Origin: Candidatus Kapaibacterium sp.
GTDB lineage: Bacteria; Bacteroidota; Ignavibacteria; Kapaibacteriales; UBA2268
Assembly (NCBI GenBank): GCA_963664875.1
Contig: OY761611.1
Span: forward strand, 3,040,001-3,104,000
Direction: 5' to 3'
Length of the DNA: 64,000 nucleotides
The notes beneath the pieces are model-generated. The model searched no databases. It was not told where the DNA came from and saw only the letters and a list, made by a program, of their open reading frames with translations. How positions within the stretch are numbered: the stretch's first letter is position 1; every line of letters begins with the position of its first letter. Both the position numbers and the translations under genes were made by a program. Shown in pieces: positions 1 through 8,837 of the stretch.

Positions 1-2
1 TT

Positions 3-464
3 AATGAGATTGAAGGCAGAGAAGTCGAGGCTCTGGAAGCTATTGAGATGCTTTCATCTTTAGAAAATTCGTTCTATGATTTTTCTAAAGGGTATGCGGC
101 TCCATCTATTCTAATCTCTGACTTTATCAAAGGCAAGTCGAGTGGAAAGCTAAATGACACCTCATACCCACTTGGCTTGAAAGCAGCTCCTTTGTATGAT
201 ATGCTACCAAAAATTGTGGCGGAAAACATGAAAGCCGGTTTGCAGGATTTTGCCAGAAAAATCCGAGGCTACGAAGAAGGAATGCTTATTGGTTTAGAAA
301 GCAAGACCTCTTCGCCTATTCAGGTTATTAAAGATGACAAGGGCAATGTTGCAGGTATTGATAATTTGTACTTATGTGGAGAAGGGAGCGGCTTTGCCGG
401 TGGTATTATGAGTTCTGCAGCTGATGGAATTAAAACTGCAATGCGAATAATAGCTAATCTTTAA
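3..464 (+). CDS. FAD/NAD(P)-dependent oxidoreductase, C-terminal part (5' truncated by window edge)
   Basis: Frame is open from position 3. Carries ESKTSSP and NLYLCGEGSGFAGGIMSSAADG, typical C-terminal motifs of this flavoprotein family. Confidence 0.8.
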   Translation, partial: NEIEGREVEALEAIEMLSSLENSFYDFSKGYAAPSILISDFIKGKSSGKLNDTSYPLGLKAAPLYDMLPKIVAENMKAGLQDFARKIRGYEEGMLIGLESKTSSPIQVIKDDKGNVAGIDNLYLCGEGSGFAGGIMSSAADGIKTAMRIIANL

Positions 465-572
465 CAAGTCCGAGACCTAAGTATTATTACCTGTTTTTAT
501 AAAGATTTGCTAATAATTTTGAGATACTCCCGTTTACAGTGGATATTACATTCACTAATGGAGATTTCGCAA

Positions 573-1430
573 ATGTATAAGTATATTTTACTTATTCTTT
601 TGATGCCTATTATTGCTTTTGCACAAAAAGAGACTGAGGAAAAAGACCCTGATTTGGGTAAATGGATTCCTAAAGGGGTGGCAGGTTTAAATATTGCCCA
701 AATGGCTTTTAGTAATTGGTCTCAGGGAGGCGACAACTCGATGACTTACTCTTTATCGGGTAATTTTAGTTTGAACTATAAAGATGAGTCGCTTGCATTT
801 ACTAATAGTTTGAAACTTGCCTACGGCCAGACAAAGCTTGGCGATGATGATTTCAGAACAAATGACAATGAGTTTTATCTTGAAAATGTTTTAGCCAAAA
901 GAGTAGGCTGGGCAGTTGATCCTTACTTCTCTAATACAGTTCGTTCTACTGTAGCACCCGGTTATAAATTTAATAAAGATACCAAAGAGTATGATCAAAT
1001 CTCGGATTTCTTTGATCCCGGATACATCTCACAATCTCTCGGTTTTACTTATAATAAGCTAAAATCTGTGCAAACAAGGCTTGGGGTTGGTTTGCAGGAG
1101 ACATTTGCTTCTACTTATTTGAATTATACTGACGACCCTGAAACCGCTGATAAAGAAGAAGACTTTAAGTTTGAGACAGGTATAGAGTCAGTTACAGACG
1201 TGGAATATTCTTTTATGGATAATATGCTTTATAAAAGCAAGCTCAGATTATTTACCCGATTTGATCAGCTTGATGTATGGGATGTCCGTTTCGATAATAC
1301 TATCAGTGCACAGGTAAATAAGTATATTGTTGTCAATCTTAATGTCCTTGTTGTTTATGAAAAAAGCCAATCTTTAAGAACTCAGGTTAAAGAAGCTTTG
1401 CAGCTTGGAGTAACACTTAATTTATTTTAG
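573..1430 (+). CDS. DUF3078-like outer-membrane beta-barrel protein
   Basis: ATG at 573 follows GGAG. Signal peptide, FSNWSQGGDNS and F..PGYI motifs, C-terminal Phe. Confidence 0.75.
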   Translation: MYKYILLILLMPIIAFAQKETEEKDPDLGKWIPKGVAGLNIAQMAFSNWSQGGDNSMTYSLSGNFSLNYKDESLAFTNSLKLAYGQTKLGDDDFRTNDNEFYLENVLAKRVGWAVDPYFSNTVRSTVAPGYKFNKDTKEYDQISDFFDPGYISQSLGFTYNKLKSVQTRLGVGLQETFASTYLNYTDDPETADKEEDFKFETGIESVTDVEYSFMDNMLYKSKLRLFTRFDQLDVWDVRFDNTISAQVNKYIVVNLNVLVVYEKSQSLRTQVKEALQLGVTLNLF

Positions 1431-1433
1431 GAG

Positions 1434-2249
1434 ATGAAAATGGAAAATTATATTGACATATTGATGGGATATGTATATTCCTATGGTCCTAAGCTAATAT
1501 TAGCTATTTTAACTTTGTGGATAGGTTTCAAAGTAATTCGAAAGATGACTATACTTTTAGAACTTGCTATAGAGCGTAAAGAAGTGGATTTGTCTTTGAG
1601 AAAGTTCCTATCTTCACTGTTCAACATTCTAATGAAAACGCTTCTAATTCTAAGCGTTATATCCATAGTCGGTGTTGATACTACTTCGTTTGTAGCGATA
1701 CTTGCTTCTGCCGGTTTTGCTATTGGTATGGCACTTCAGGGCAGTTTGGGTAACTTTGCGGGTGGTGTGTTGATTCTTTTCTTCAAGCCTTTTAAAGTTG
1801 GTGATGTGATTGAAGCACAGGGTTTTATCGGTGCAGTTAATTCAATACAGGTTTTCAACACAGTACTTAAAACTCCGGACAATAAAACAATCATAATTCC
1901 TAATGGCCCGCTTGCAGGTGGTCCGATAACAAATTATACTCTCGAAAAAACACGTAGGGTTGATTTTACTTTCGGAATTGGCTATGGCGATGATATTAAG
2001 AAAGCAAGAGATGTTATCAAGTCTATCATCGAAGCTGACGAAAGGATACTAAAAGATCCAACATACATGATAGCTGTTGGTGCTTTGGCGGATAGTTCGG
2101 TAAATTTGACCGTCAGAGTCTGGACCAAAACTGAAGACTATTGGGATGTATTTTTTGATATGACTGAAAGTGTTAAAGTGAAATTTGACGAAAACAGTAT
2201 TTCGATTCCATTCCCACAAACAGATATTCATATTCATAATACCAAATAA
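1434..2249 (+). CDS. mscS: Small-conductance mechanosensitive channel MscS
   Basis: GFAIGMALQGSLGNFAGG, KPFKVGD, IIIPN and ISIPFPQ motifs. Start may be 1440. Confidence 0.92.
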   Translation: MKMENYIDILMGYVYSYGPKLILAILTLWIGFKVIRKMTILLELAIERKEVDLSLRKFLSSLFNILMKTLLILSVISIVGVDTTSFVAILASAGFAIGMALQGSLGNFAGGVLILFFKPFKVGDVIEAQGFIGAVNSIQVFNTVLKTPDNKTIIIPNGPLAGGPITNYTLEKTRRVDFTFGIGYGDDIKKARDVIKSIIEADERILKDPTYMIAVGALADSSVNLTVRVWTKTEDYWDVFFDMTESVKVKFDENSISIPFPQTDIHIHNTK

Positions 2250-2293
2250 GTGCGACATGTACTGTTTTAGTATTATGGAGATAGTGCTTTTGT

Positions 2294-2340
2294 GTAAATA
2301 ATTCTTTATGGGGTTTCTATGGAAACCCCTGAATTATTTA
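2294..2340. terminator. Hairpin between convergent mscS and response regulator genes
   Basis: TAAATAATTC..GGGGTTTC-tatg-GAAACCCC..GAATTATTTA inverted repeat. A second hairpin GCATAAAACA/TGTTTTATGC lies at about 2398-2429. Confidence 0.55.
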
Positions 2341-2456
2341 TATCTGAATTTGTCTAAGTTTGTTTTAGAAAAATCAAGCAGACCGTAAACGGAAAAAGCA
2401 TAAAACAAATAATAAAGAATGTTTTATGCCTATTAGTAAGCGTCTGTATCTATAAG

Positions 2457-3092
2457 CTATTTACGGTTTTTGAGCAGCATCTTTTTGATAGATTCTATAC
2501 TGCGTTTTTCATCTTCTTTGTATGATTTTAAAAGCCCCTTGTTGTCCTGAGTGTCTTTTGCCTCAGCTTCTCCGGTGCCCAAATCCAAATTGATTCCTTC
2601 TTTGTACGACTCAGAAGTATCATCCAAAATTTCTTTATCAGCTAAATCTTCGTATTGTTCATCGAACATATTCATATCGTCAATAGGTTCGCCTTTGGCA
2701 ATTTTGTCCAACTTACGTTTACCAAATACATCGACCAATTTATCATAAACAGTAGATCTGGTAAAAGGTTTGGATATAAAGCCCGCAGTGCCGCTTTTAA
2801 CTGCTCTTCCGAGATTTTCAACATCGGATAGGGCAGAGACGATAATGACAGGAACGTCTCTTGTTAGTTTGATATGTTTCAATATTTTAAGAGTAATAAG
2901 TCCTGTTAGTTCGGGCATCATGATGTCGAGCACAATTAGAGTTGGCTGATGCTCGACCGCCAAAGCAATGCCGTCGAAACCGTTCGAGGCAAGATAAGTT
3001 TTGACAAATCCGTAATTCTGCAAAGTTTTTGAGAGAATTCTTTGCATCCAGATATCATCATCAATAATCAAAACAGAATACTCTTGCATCAT
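2457..3092 (-). CDS. Response regulator: receiver domain plus acidic C-terminal tail
   Basis: VLIIDDD, LDIMMP, IIVSA and FISKPF receiver motifs. No recognisable DNA-binding output domain. Confidence 0.85.
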   Translation of the reverse strand: MMQEYSVLIIDDDIWMQRILSKTLQNYGFVKTYLASNGFDGIALAVEHQPTLIVLDIMMPELTGLITLKILKHIKLTRDVPVIIVSALSDVENLGRAVKSGTAGFISKPFTRSTVYDKLVDVFGKRKLDKIAKGEPIDDMNMFDEQYEDLADKEILDDTSESYKEGINLDLGTGEAEAKDTQDNKGLLKSYKEDEKRSIESIKKMLLKNRK

Positions 3093-3096
3093 ATCC

Positions 3097-3393
3097 CTAT
3101 TTTTTTATTTGAGCAAACAAAATATCGGCAGATTTTCGGTTTTTGCCGTTATTGTCTTCGGAAAAAATCATATTGCCGCCGGTGAGAGCGTGTTTCAAAG
3201 CAGCAAACTCTGTTTTAGATGCTTCTTTATTCATTTTTACGATTTTGTCGTGAATTTCTTTTCTATGTACTGGAATAGTTTTAGGTGCTTCGATGCCAAG
3301 TCTGACAACGCCACGGTCAAAACTTAGGACTGTAATTTTAACCGAATTGCCTATCGTAACTACTTCCCCGATCTTCCTTGATAGTACTAACAT
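3097..3393 (-). CDS. csrA: Carbon storage regulator CsrA with C-terminal extension
   Basis: MLVLSRKIGE...VRLGIEAPKTIPVHRKEI, directly downstream of fliW. Confidence 0.95.
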   Translation of the reverse strand: MLVLSRKIGEVVTIGNSVKITVLSFDRGVVRLGIEAPKTIPVHRKEIHDKIVKMNKEASKTEFAALKHALTGGNMIFSEDNNGKNRKSADILFAQIKK

Positions 3394-3436
3394 AATTTAT
3401 CCTCTCTCTCTGTAATTTTTTCAAGTGTTTTTATAA

Positions 3437-3862
3437 CTACTTATCTTCTTTATTTGGAAACAAGTAATTAGTGGAATACTTATCGGAACGCAAAATCCTC
3501 TGTTCTCCGGTTTGTTTTTCGACATCTAAAATGATGGGTGCCTTCATGTTTGCACTCATTTGCCCTTTGGAGCTGTCAAGAGTAACAACCACAAAGAGAA
3601 CAACTTTATCAGTGTCAATTTCTCTTCCGGGACTATAAGTGAGGTCGATATGCCATGGACTGAGTAAAGGGAAGCCTATTTCAGGCTCATCCAAACTGAT
3701 AAGCCACTTGAAAGGGACAGTCTCTTCATCGCTGATAAGGACATATTGTTTCAAATTTTCAAAGCCCAACATGCCGTCTTTGAAAGTAAAAATATGTTTT
3801 TCTTCTACGTTGATTTCACCGAAATGAAGAGTCTTAATCGATTTTGTTGCAGTGGTATCCAT
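3437..3862 (-). CDS. fliW: Flagellar assembly factor and CsrA antagonist FliW
   Basis: T.HFGEI, F.DGMLGFE, PFKWLISLDEP and SANMKAPII motifs. ATG at 3862 follows AAGGA (a GTG at 3868 is the alternative). Confidence 0.92.
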   Translation of the reverse strand: MDTTATKSIKTLHFGEINVEEKHIFTFKDGMLGFENLKQYVLISDEETVPFKWLISLDEPEIGFPLLSPWHIDLTYSPGREIDTDKVVLFVVVTLDSSKGQMSANMKAPIILDVEKQTGEQRILRSDKYSTNYLFPNKEDK

Positions 3863-3865
3863 AGT

Positions 3866-3878
3866 CACATCCTTGTGT
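3866..3878 (-). promoter_or_regulatory. Putative CsrA-binding hairpin overlapping the fliW Shine-Dalgarno
   Basis: mRNA ACACAAGGAUGUG: CACA/UGUG stem with AGGA loop, close to the CsrA SELEX consensus RUACARGGAUGU. Confidence 0.55.
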
Positions 3879-3944
3879 TTGTCAATCCTAAGTATTGAAA
3901 TTATATGTACTCTAACAAAAGGTCAAAGCACAAAAATATTGTTA

Positions 3945-4691
3945 TTAATAACCGCTAACCGCAGGAGCAGAAGAATTTAATTCAGATATAGTAATCTCTA
4001 CTCTTCTGTTTATTGCCTTGCCTTCAGGTTTTGCATTAGAGGCTATCGGCCTTTGAGCTCCAAATCCTCTGTAACTAAGATTTACTTCCGGCACTCCTCT
4101 TTGGGTAAGAGCGTAAAGGACATTCAAAGCTCTTACGCCTGAAAGATGCCAGTTAGACGGGAATTTCGGTGTATTTATCGGATCGGAATCCGTATGCCCA
4201 TCCACAGTAATCTGGTACTTTGGACTATTCAATATTCGTGCCAAAGTGTCTAATGCTATCATGCCGTCGGCAAGCACGTCAGCTTTTGCAGATTCGAATA
4301 ACAATTTCTCGGATAAGTTGATAATAATCTCTGTGCCTGTTTGTGTTATTTCTATTGTACCCTCGTCGATATAGCTTTTCAACGATTCTTTTGTTTGCTG
4401 TGCTATATCTTCCAAACTCTTTCTACCGGCTGCCGGAGGCAGTATTGGTTCCGGAAGTCCTTCGCGGCTGCCTTCGAGCACTCCACTGGAGCCTTCCAAA
4501 ACAGATCCGGGCTTGAAAATATCCGCAAAAGCAGTGCTTATCTGCTTATACTTTTCTTCGTCAACGCTCGAGGTCGAATACAATATCACAAATAACCCAA
4601 GCAGCAGAGTAATCAAATCTGCATAAGTTATCAAATAACGATCGCCGGAATTTTCTGTTTTCCGGTGCTTTATTTTTTTTATTTTAGGCAC
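3945..4691 (-). CDS. motB: Flagellar stator protein MotB (OmpA-like peptidoglycan-binding domain)
   Basis: TYADLITLLLGLFVILYS transmembrane segment with the conserved Asp, plus GHTD, NWHLSGVRA and NRRVEI. Confidence 0.9.
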   Translation of the reverse strand: MPKIKKIKHRKTENSGDRYLITYADLITLLLGLFVILYSTSSVDEEKYKQISTAFADIFKPGSVLEGSSGVLEGSREGLPEPILPPAAGRKSLEDIAQQTKESLKSYIDEGTIEITQTGTEIIINLSEKLLFESAKADVLADGMIALDTLARILNSPKYQITVDGHTDSDPINTPKFPSNWHLSGVRALNVLYALTQRGVPEVNLSYRGFGAQRPIASNAKPEGKAINRRVEITISELNSSAPAVSGY

Positions 4692-4723
4692 GCGTCATCC
4701 TTATACTTTTGCCTATGAGACAT

Positions 4724-4750
4724 ATATCGGCAGTTTTTTCAAAAAGATTA
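4724..4750 (-). promoter_or_regulatory. Putative sigma28 (FliA) promoter of motB-fliW-csrA
   Basis: Minus strand reads TAAT-N15-GCCGATAT versus consensus TAAA-N15-GCCGATAA, about 33 nt upstream of motB. Confidence 0.6.
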
Positions 4751-4947
4751 CTTGTTTTGCGAATTTTTTTTGTTTCGCTTACTTTCTAGCTCCCAGCCCT
4801 TTATAAAACGAATATATAGAAAAAATACTACATATAGAATATATTTAATCTACGCAATATTTAATTTAAAGTTTTTTTTGTGTAACTTTTTATGCTTATG
4901 TTTGTCGTTTATATATATAATGAATTTCCATATTATTAGAGGTTAAA

Positions 4948-7416
4948 ATGAGTAAGATTGGATTACTAATTATTGCACTTATGCTTTTGTCTCTGCAGTC
5001 CAAAGCACAAGATTTGCTTGAGAACAGTCTTAAAGAACAGCTCACAAGACAAATGAAGTTAGGTAATTACCAGACCGGTACAAAGTATATCATTGCTATA
5101 CCGCCTAACGAGACTGCAGCTTACGGTTGGTCGGATTCGGCTATTGAAATTTATATAGCCAGTGCTTTTGATGTTTCGCTTGAGCTCGATATCATGGGTA
5201 CAAAAAAGACTATAATGCTCAAAGGGGGTGATGTTTTTACCATAAATGACAGTGAGGATCTTTCATATACAGCTGCAGAATGTAGGGAGCCTAATACTGC
5301 TACTACAAAAACAATCACAATAGAAGCATCTAAGCCGGTTTCAGTCTATGTTTTGAATTCCAAGAATACCACAACAGATGGCTATATGGCGATCCCGGTT
5401 GAGCATTGGGGGAACGAATATCTGCACTGCTCATACTATGACAATTACGAATCTACCCAAAGCACTTTTTCTGGTGGCTTTTTGATACTTGGATCAGAAG
5501 ACAATACTAAAGTTCAAGTGAATCTCCGTGGCATAGGTGATAAAAATATTGCTACTTTACGAAAAGATGATACGAAGTCTATCGGGAATACATTTTCTGT
5601 AAAGATAAATGAAGGAGAAGTTTATCAAATCGAATCTGACGGACTTACCCGTGGTCAATTTGACTTGTCAGGCACTTTAATTAAATCAGACAAACCTATC
5701 GGAGTTGTGTCTTATCATCAAAGAACAGTTGTGCCAATTCTTGCAAGTTCAAGCCGCGATCACTTGTCATCTATGATGCAACCGCTAACAGCTCTAAGCA
5801 AGAAATATGCAGCCTTAGCTCTTAGCAGAAGCGGCTCGACTAAAGGTGATTTGTTTAGGATTATGGCAGTCGAAGAAAACACTTCTTATTCTGTCAAATG
5901 GTACGATTTGAATACCAAACAGCAATTGGGCAATTTGGATGGTGTTTTGCAAAATGCAGGAGACTTTGCAGAAATATCTGATGTGCTAAATGCCGATCCT
6001 ACAGCCAAGTCAATAACAGGTAGCTCTGTATTCGAAGCTGACAAACCTATAATGCTTATGCAATATTCTTACTCCTCCGCATGGGATGGTGCGGATTACG
6101 ATCCTTTTATGTGGAATGTAACAGGGGAGGAGCAATACCTTACTCAAACAATATTGCAGGCACCTCCTAATAAGTCTTTTGGGGAGAACCATCTTAACAT
6201 AATAGCAAAAGATATTTCCGGTGACCCGTCGCTACCAGGATTAAAAAGTTTAGAGTTTGACGGAACAAAAATCGTGGATAAAATGCCGTCTTTCTTATCA
6301 AACAAAATACCCGGAACAGATTTGTACTGGGCTCGATTCAAAATTGCACCGGGTGTTCATGAGATAAGCAGTAGCGGAGATGCAAAATTTGGAGCCTATA
6401 TATATGGATTTAAGTCAGTTGATAGCTACGGTTGGCCTGCGGCTATGGCGAGTGCAAACTTGGACCAAACAGATACAGTTCCTCCCGGAGTTGCAATAGG
6501 AGACTACCAAGGTAACGGGAAATGGACGATAAATGTAACAGAACAGGTAAATGGAATGTCAGATGCAGGAGCAAAAGCACAAGTGGACAGTAAAGTATGG
6601 ACTGAACCTGCTATGCTGATAAAAGATATTTCAGGTTATACTTCATATAACTTTAAGGAGCCATACACAGATACTGAATGGAAATATTCTGCTCATGACA
6701 ATTATTCTTTTAATCTCGAAGTAGAAAATAGGTACGAAGATGCAATTGCTTTCTTTGCAGTATATGATTATGTAGGTAATATCAGAATAGATTCAATCAG
6801 ATATCATGCAGATATGCTAACCTTACTTAGTGCCGCTGAAATGGACTTTGGGACAATCAAAGAAAATACAGAAAAGATAAATACTCTTGTTATTAAAAAC
6901 AGTGGTGGGACTGAGGCAGTGATAAATAAGCTATACTTACAGGACAATCTTGAGTTTACTATTCTTTCCGGAGACACTCCTTTACCATTCACTTTGCAGC
7001 CTCAGGAAGAACATGAGTTAAGAATCAAATATTATCCTACAAAAGTAAGTGACTTAGATGTAGATACATTGTTTGTTGAAACAAATGAACTGACATTCAC
7101 TTGGGGACTAAAAGGAACGGCAGATGATGGCACAGGCATAAATGATGATGAATATAACGAAAATCTGACAATAACACCAAATCCGATTGGTGCAGAGGAC
7201 TCAGAAATAGCATATATCTTACCGGAAGCAGGCAGCGTAGATATACGCCTTTATGATATGCAGGGTAAATTTATACAATCTATTTACTCAGGATATGCTA
7301 ATGCCGGAAAAAATACTGTTTCTTTCTCAAACTCAGGACTCAATTCGGGCAGCTATCTGCTTGTGTTGAAACAGGGAGATTACCTTGTGAAAATGACAGT
7401 AGTTGTCAATAAATAA
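4948..7416 (+). CDS. Secreted IgGFc-binding-like domain protein with Ig-like domain and T9SS C-terminal sorting domain
   Basis: Signal peptide; TDGYMAIPVEHWGNEY, DLSGTLIKSDKPIGVVS, DPFM and YGFKSVDSYGWPA motifs; C-terminal ITPNP...LYDMQG...LNSGSYLL. Confidence 0.75.
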   Translation: MSKIGLLIIALMLLSLQSKAQDLLENSLKEQLTRQMKLGNYQTGTKYIIAIPPNETAAYGWSDSAIEIYIASAFDVSLELDIMGTKKTIMLKGGDVFTINDSEDLSYTAAECREPNTATTKTITIEASKPVSVYVLNSKNTTTDGYMAIPVEHWGNEYLHCSYYDNYESTQSTFSGGFLILGSEDNTKVQVNLRGIGDKNIATLRKDDTKSIGNTFSVKINEGEVYQIESDGLTRGQFDLSGTLIKSDKPIGVVSYHQRTVVPILASSSRDHLSSMMQPLTALSKKYAALALSRSGSTKGDLFRIMAVEENTSYSVKWYDLNTKQQLGNLDGVLQNAGDFAEISDVLNADPTAKSITGSSVFEADKPIMLMQYSYSSAWDGADYDPFMWNVTGEEQYLTQTILQAPPNKSFGENHLNIIAKDISGDPSLPGLKSLEFDGTKIVDKMPSFLSNKIPGTDLYWARFKIAPGVHEISSSGDAKFGAYIYGFKSVDSYGWPAAMASANLDQTDTVPPGVAIGDYQGNGKWTINVTEQVNGMSDAGAKAQVDSKVWTEPAMLIKDISGYTSYNFKEPYTDTEWKYSAHDNYSFNLEVENRYEDAIAFFAVYDYVGNIRIDSIRYHADMLTLLSAAEMDFGTIKENTEKINTLVIKNSGGTEAVINKLYLQDNLEFTILSGDTPLPFTLQPQEEHELRIKYYPTKVSDLDVDTLFVETNELTFTWGLKGTADDGTGINDDEYNENLTITPNPIGAEDSEIAYILPEAGSVDIRLYDMQGKFIQSIYSGYANAGKNTVSFSNSGLNSGSYLLVLKQGDYLVKMTVVVNK

Positions 7417-7617
7417 AAAAAACGTGCTTGTTAAATCCAAATCGACAGAGAAGGCCACTGTTAAAATTATTTATCAGCGGTCTTTCTTGCATTTAGAGGA
7501 GATTTTGCTTATCATTCGCATCATTTTAAAACAAAAGATTATCATTTTTTTTATTAGTTTTGTTATAGGCATTTATGTTATACAGTCAGCACTTCCTGCG
7601 ATTTTCTCCGGAGTATA

Positions 7618-8832
7618 ATGAAATACTACAACAAAATAGCCTTAAAGTACATATTTTCGAGGAGCACATATCACTTTATTTCGATTATCACTAAAATATC
7701 GATGATTGGGATAACTGTTGGAGTCGCTGCCCTTATATGTGTAATGGCAATCATGGACGGATTCCAGGAATTAACAATAGAACAGATAGTAGGATTTGAC
7801 CCCCATGTAAGAGTTAGCGGAAGTGAGGAAGAGCTTTTAGAGCTTGAAAGTAATCTCAAAAGTGATAAACAGATAAACTCTATGGTGCTCAATAAAACAG
7901 GTAGAGTGGTTGCGGTTGGAAAAGATAAGTTGAATGTCTTCGAGATAGCAGCATTTCGTAGCGATAGTTCAGACTATTTTTATGGTATCAAAAATAATTT
8001 GAATTACGGCACATTTAGCTTCTACTCACGCGATGATTTGCCGGGCATAGTAATAGGTGTGGCTCTTGCTGATAAGATGAAAGTGCTCCCTGGCGATACT
8101 CTTTCGCTGTTTTCACCTGAGATAATAGAAAAGTCACTACTCAGTTACAGCAACCTAAAAGGTAAAAAATTCAGAGTAAGTGGCATTTTCCAAACAAATA
8201 TTAAAGACTATGATAGCCAGCTCGCCTTTACTTCATTCGATGGATTCGCAGGGCTTTACGGTAAGAAGTCGAACACTGTGTCGCTTGATATAAAATTATA
8301 CGACTTTAAACAGGCTACAGATAAGAAAACTCAGTGGCTACAGCAATATCCGAATCATTCGATTAAGACTTGGATTGACCTCAATAAAGCATTGTATGAT
8401 GTGATGAAGTTTGAGAAAGCGGCATCATTCCTTGTAATAGGTCTGATAATAATAATTGCAATATTTAATATATTGGCTTCTCTAACTATGTCTGTCATAG
8501 AAAAGCGTAAAGATATAGCAGTGCTTATGGCTATGGGGGCGGATGCAGGAGATATAAGAAAAATATTTCGGAATACAGGAATATTTATAGGAATTATTAG
8601 CTCAGTTGCAGGCAGTCTGCTTGGCATCGGATTGTGCATAGCCCAAGAGAAATTCAAATTATTTACAGTAAATTCAGGTCTATATTTTATAGACGCAATT
8701 CCGGTTTCTTTGAATTATTGGGATGTATTAGTCACTCTTATATTTACACTTTTGCTCTCGGCACTCGCTACTTATTTCCCTGCTCAAAGAGCCGCCACTA
8801 CTGATGTTGTTTCATCTTTTAGATCAGAGTAA
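7618..8832 (+). CDS. ABC transporter permease, LolC/LolE (FtsX/MacB) family
   Basis: GITVGVAALICVMAIMDGF, V.EKRKDIAVL.AMGA and YFPAQRAA motifs. Confidence 0.88.
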   Translation: MKYYNKIALKYIFSRSTYHFISIITKISMIGITVGVAALICVMAIMDGFQELTIEQIVGFDPHVRVSGSEEELLELESNLKSDKQINSMVLNKTGRVVAVGKDKLNVFEIAAFRSDSSDYFYGIKNNLNYGTFSFYSRDDLPGIVIGVALADKMKVLPGDTLSLFSPEIIEKSLLSYSNLKGKKFRVSGIFQTNIKDYDSQLAFTSFDGFAGLYGKKSNTVSLDIKLYDFKQATDKKTQWLQQYPNHSIKTWIDLNKALYDVMKFEKAASFLVIGLIIIIAIFNILASLTMSVIEKRKDIAVLMAMGADAGDIRKIFRNTGIFIGIISSVAGSLLGIGLCIAQEKFKLFTVNSGLYFIDAIPVSLNYWDVLVTLIFTLLLSALATYFPAQRAATTDVVSSFRSE

Positions 8833-8837
8833 TCTAT

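Noticed and set aside
2270-2395. Three ANGGA motifs (ATGGA, ATGGA, ACGGA) in the 3' region of mscS next to the csrA operon, a possible CsrB-like decoy RNA
   Set aside because: Too few sites, not clearly in hairpin loops, no evident promoter, and FliW-type CsrA is normally controlled by protein. Compatible with chance.
7403-7618. 71-aa TTG-start ORF between the T9SS protein and the lolC-like gene
   Set aside because: Overlaps a terminator-like hairpin (about 7450-7487) and AT-rich promoter-like DNA; no motif. Likely spurious.
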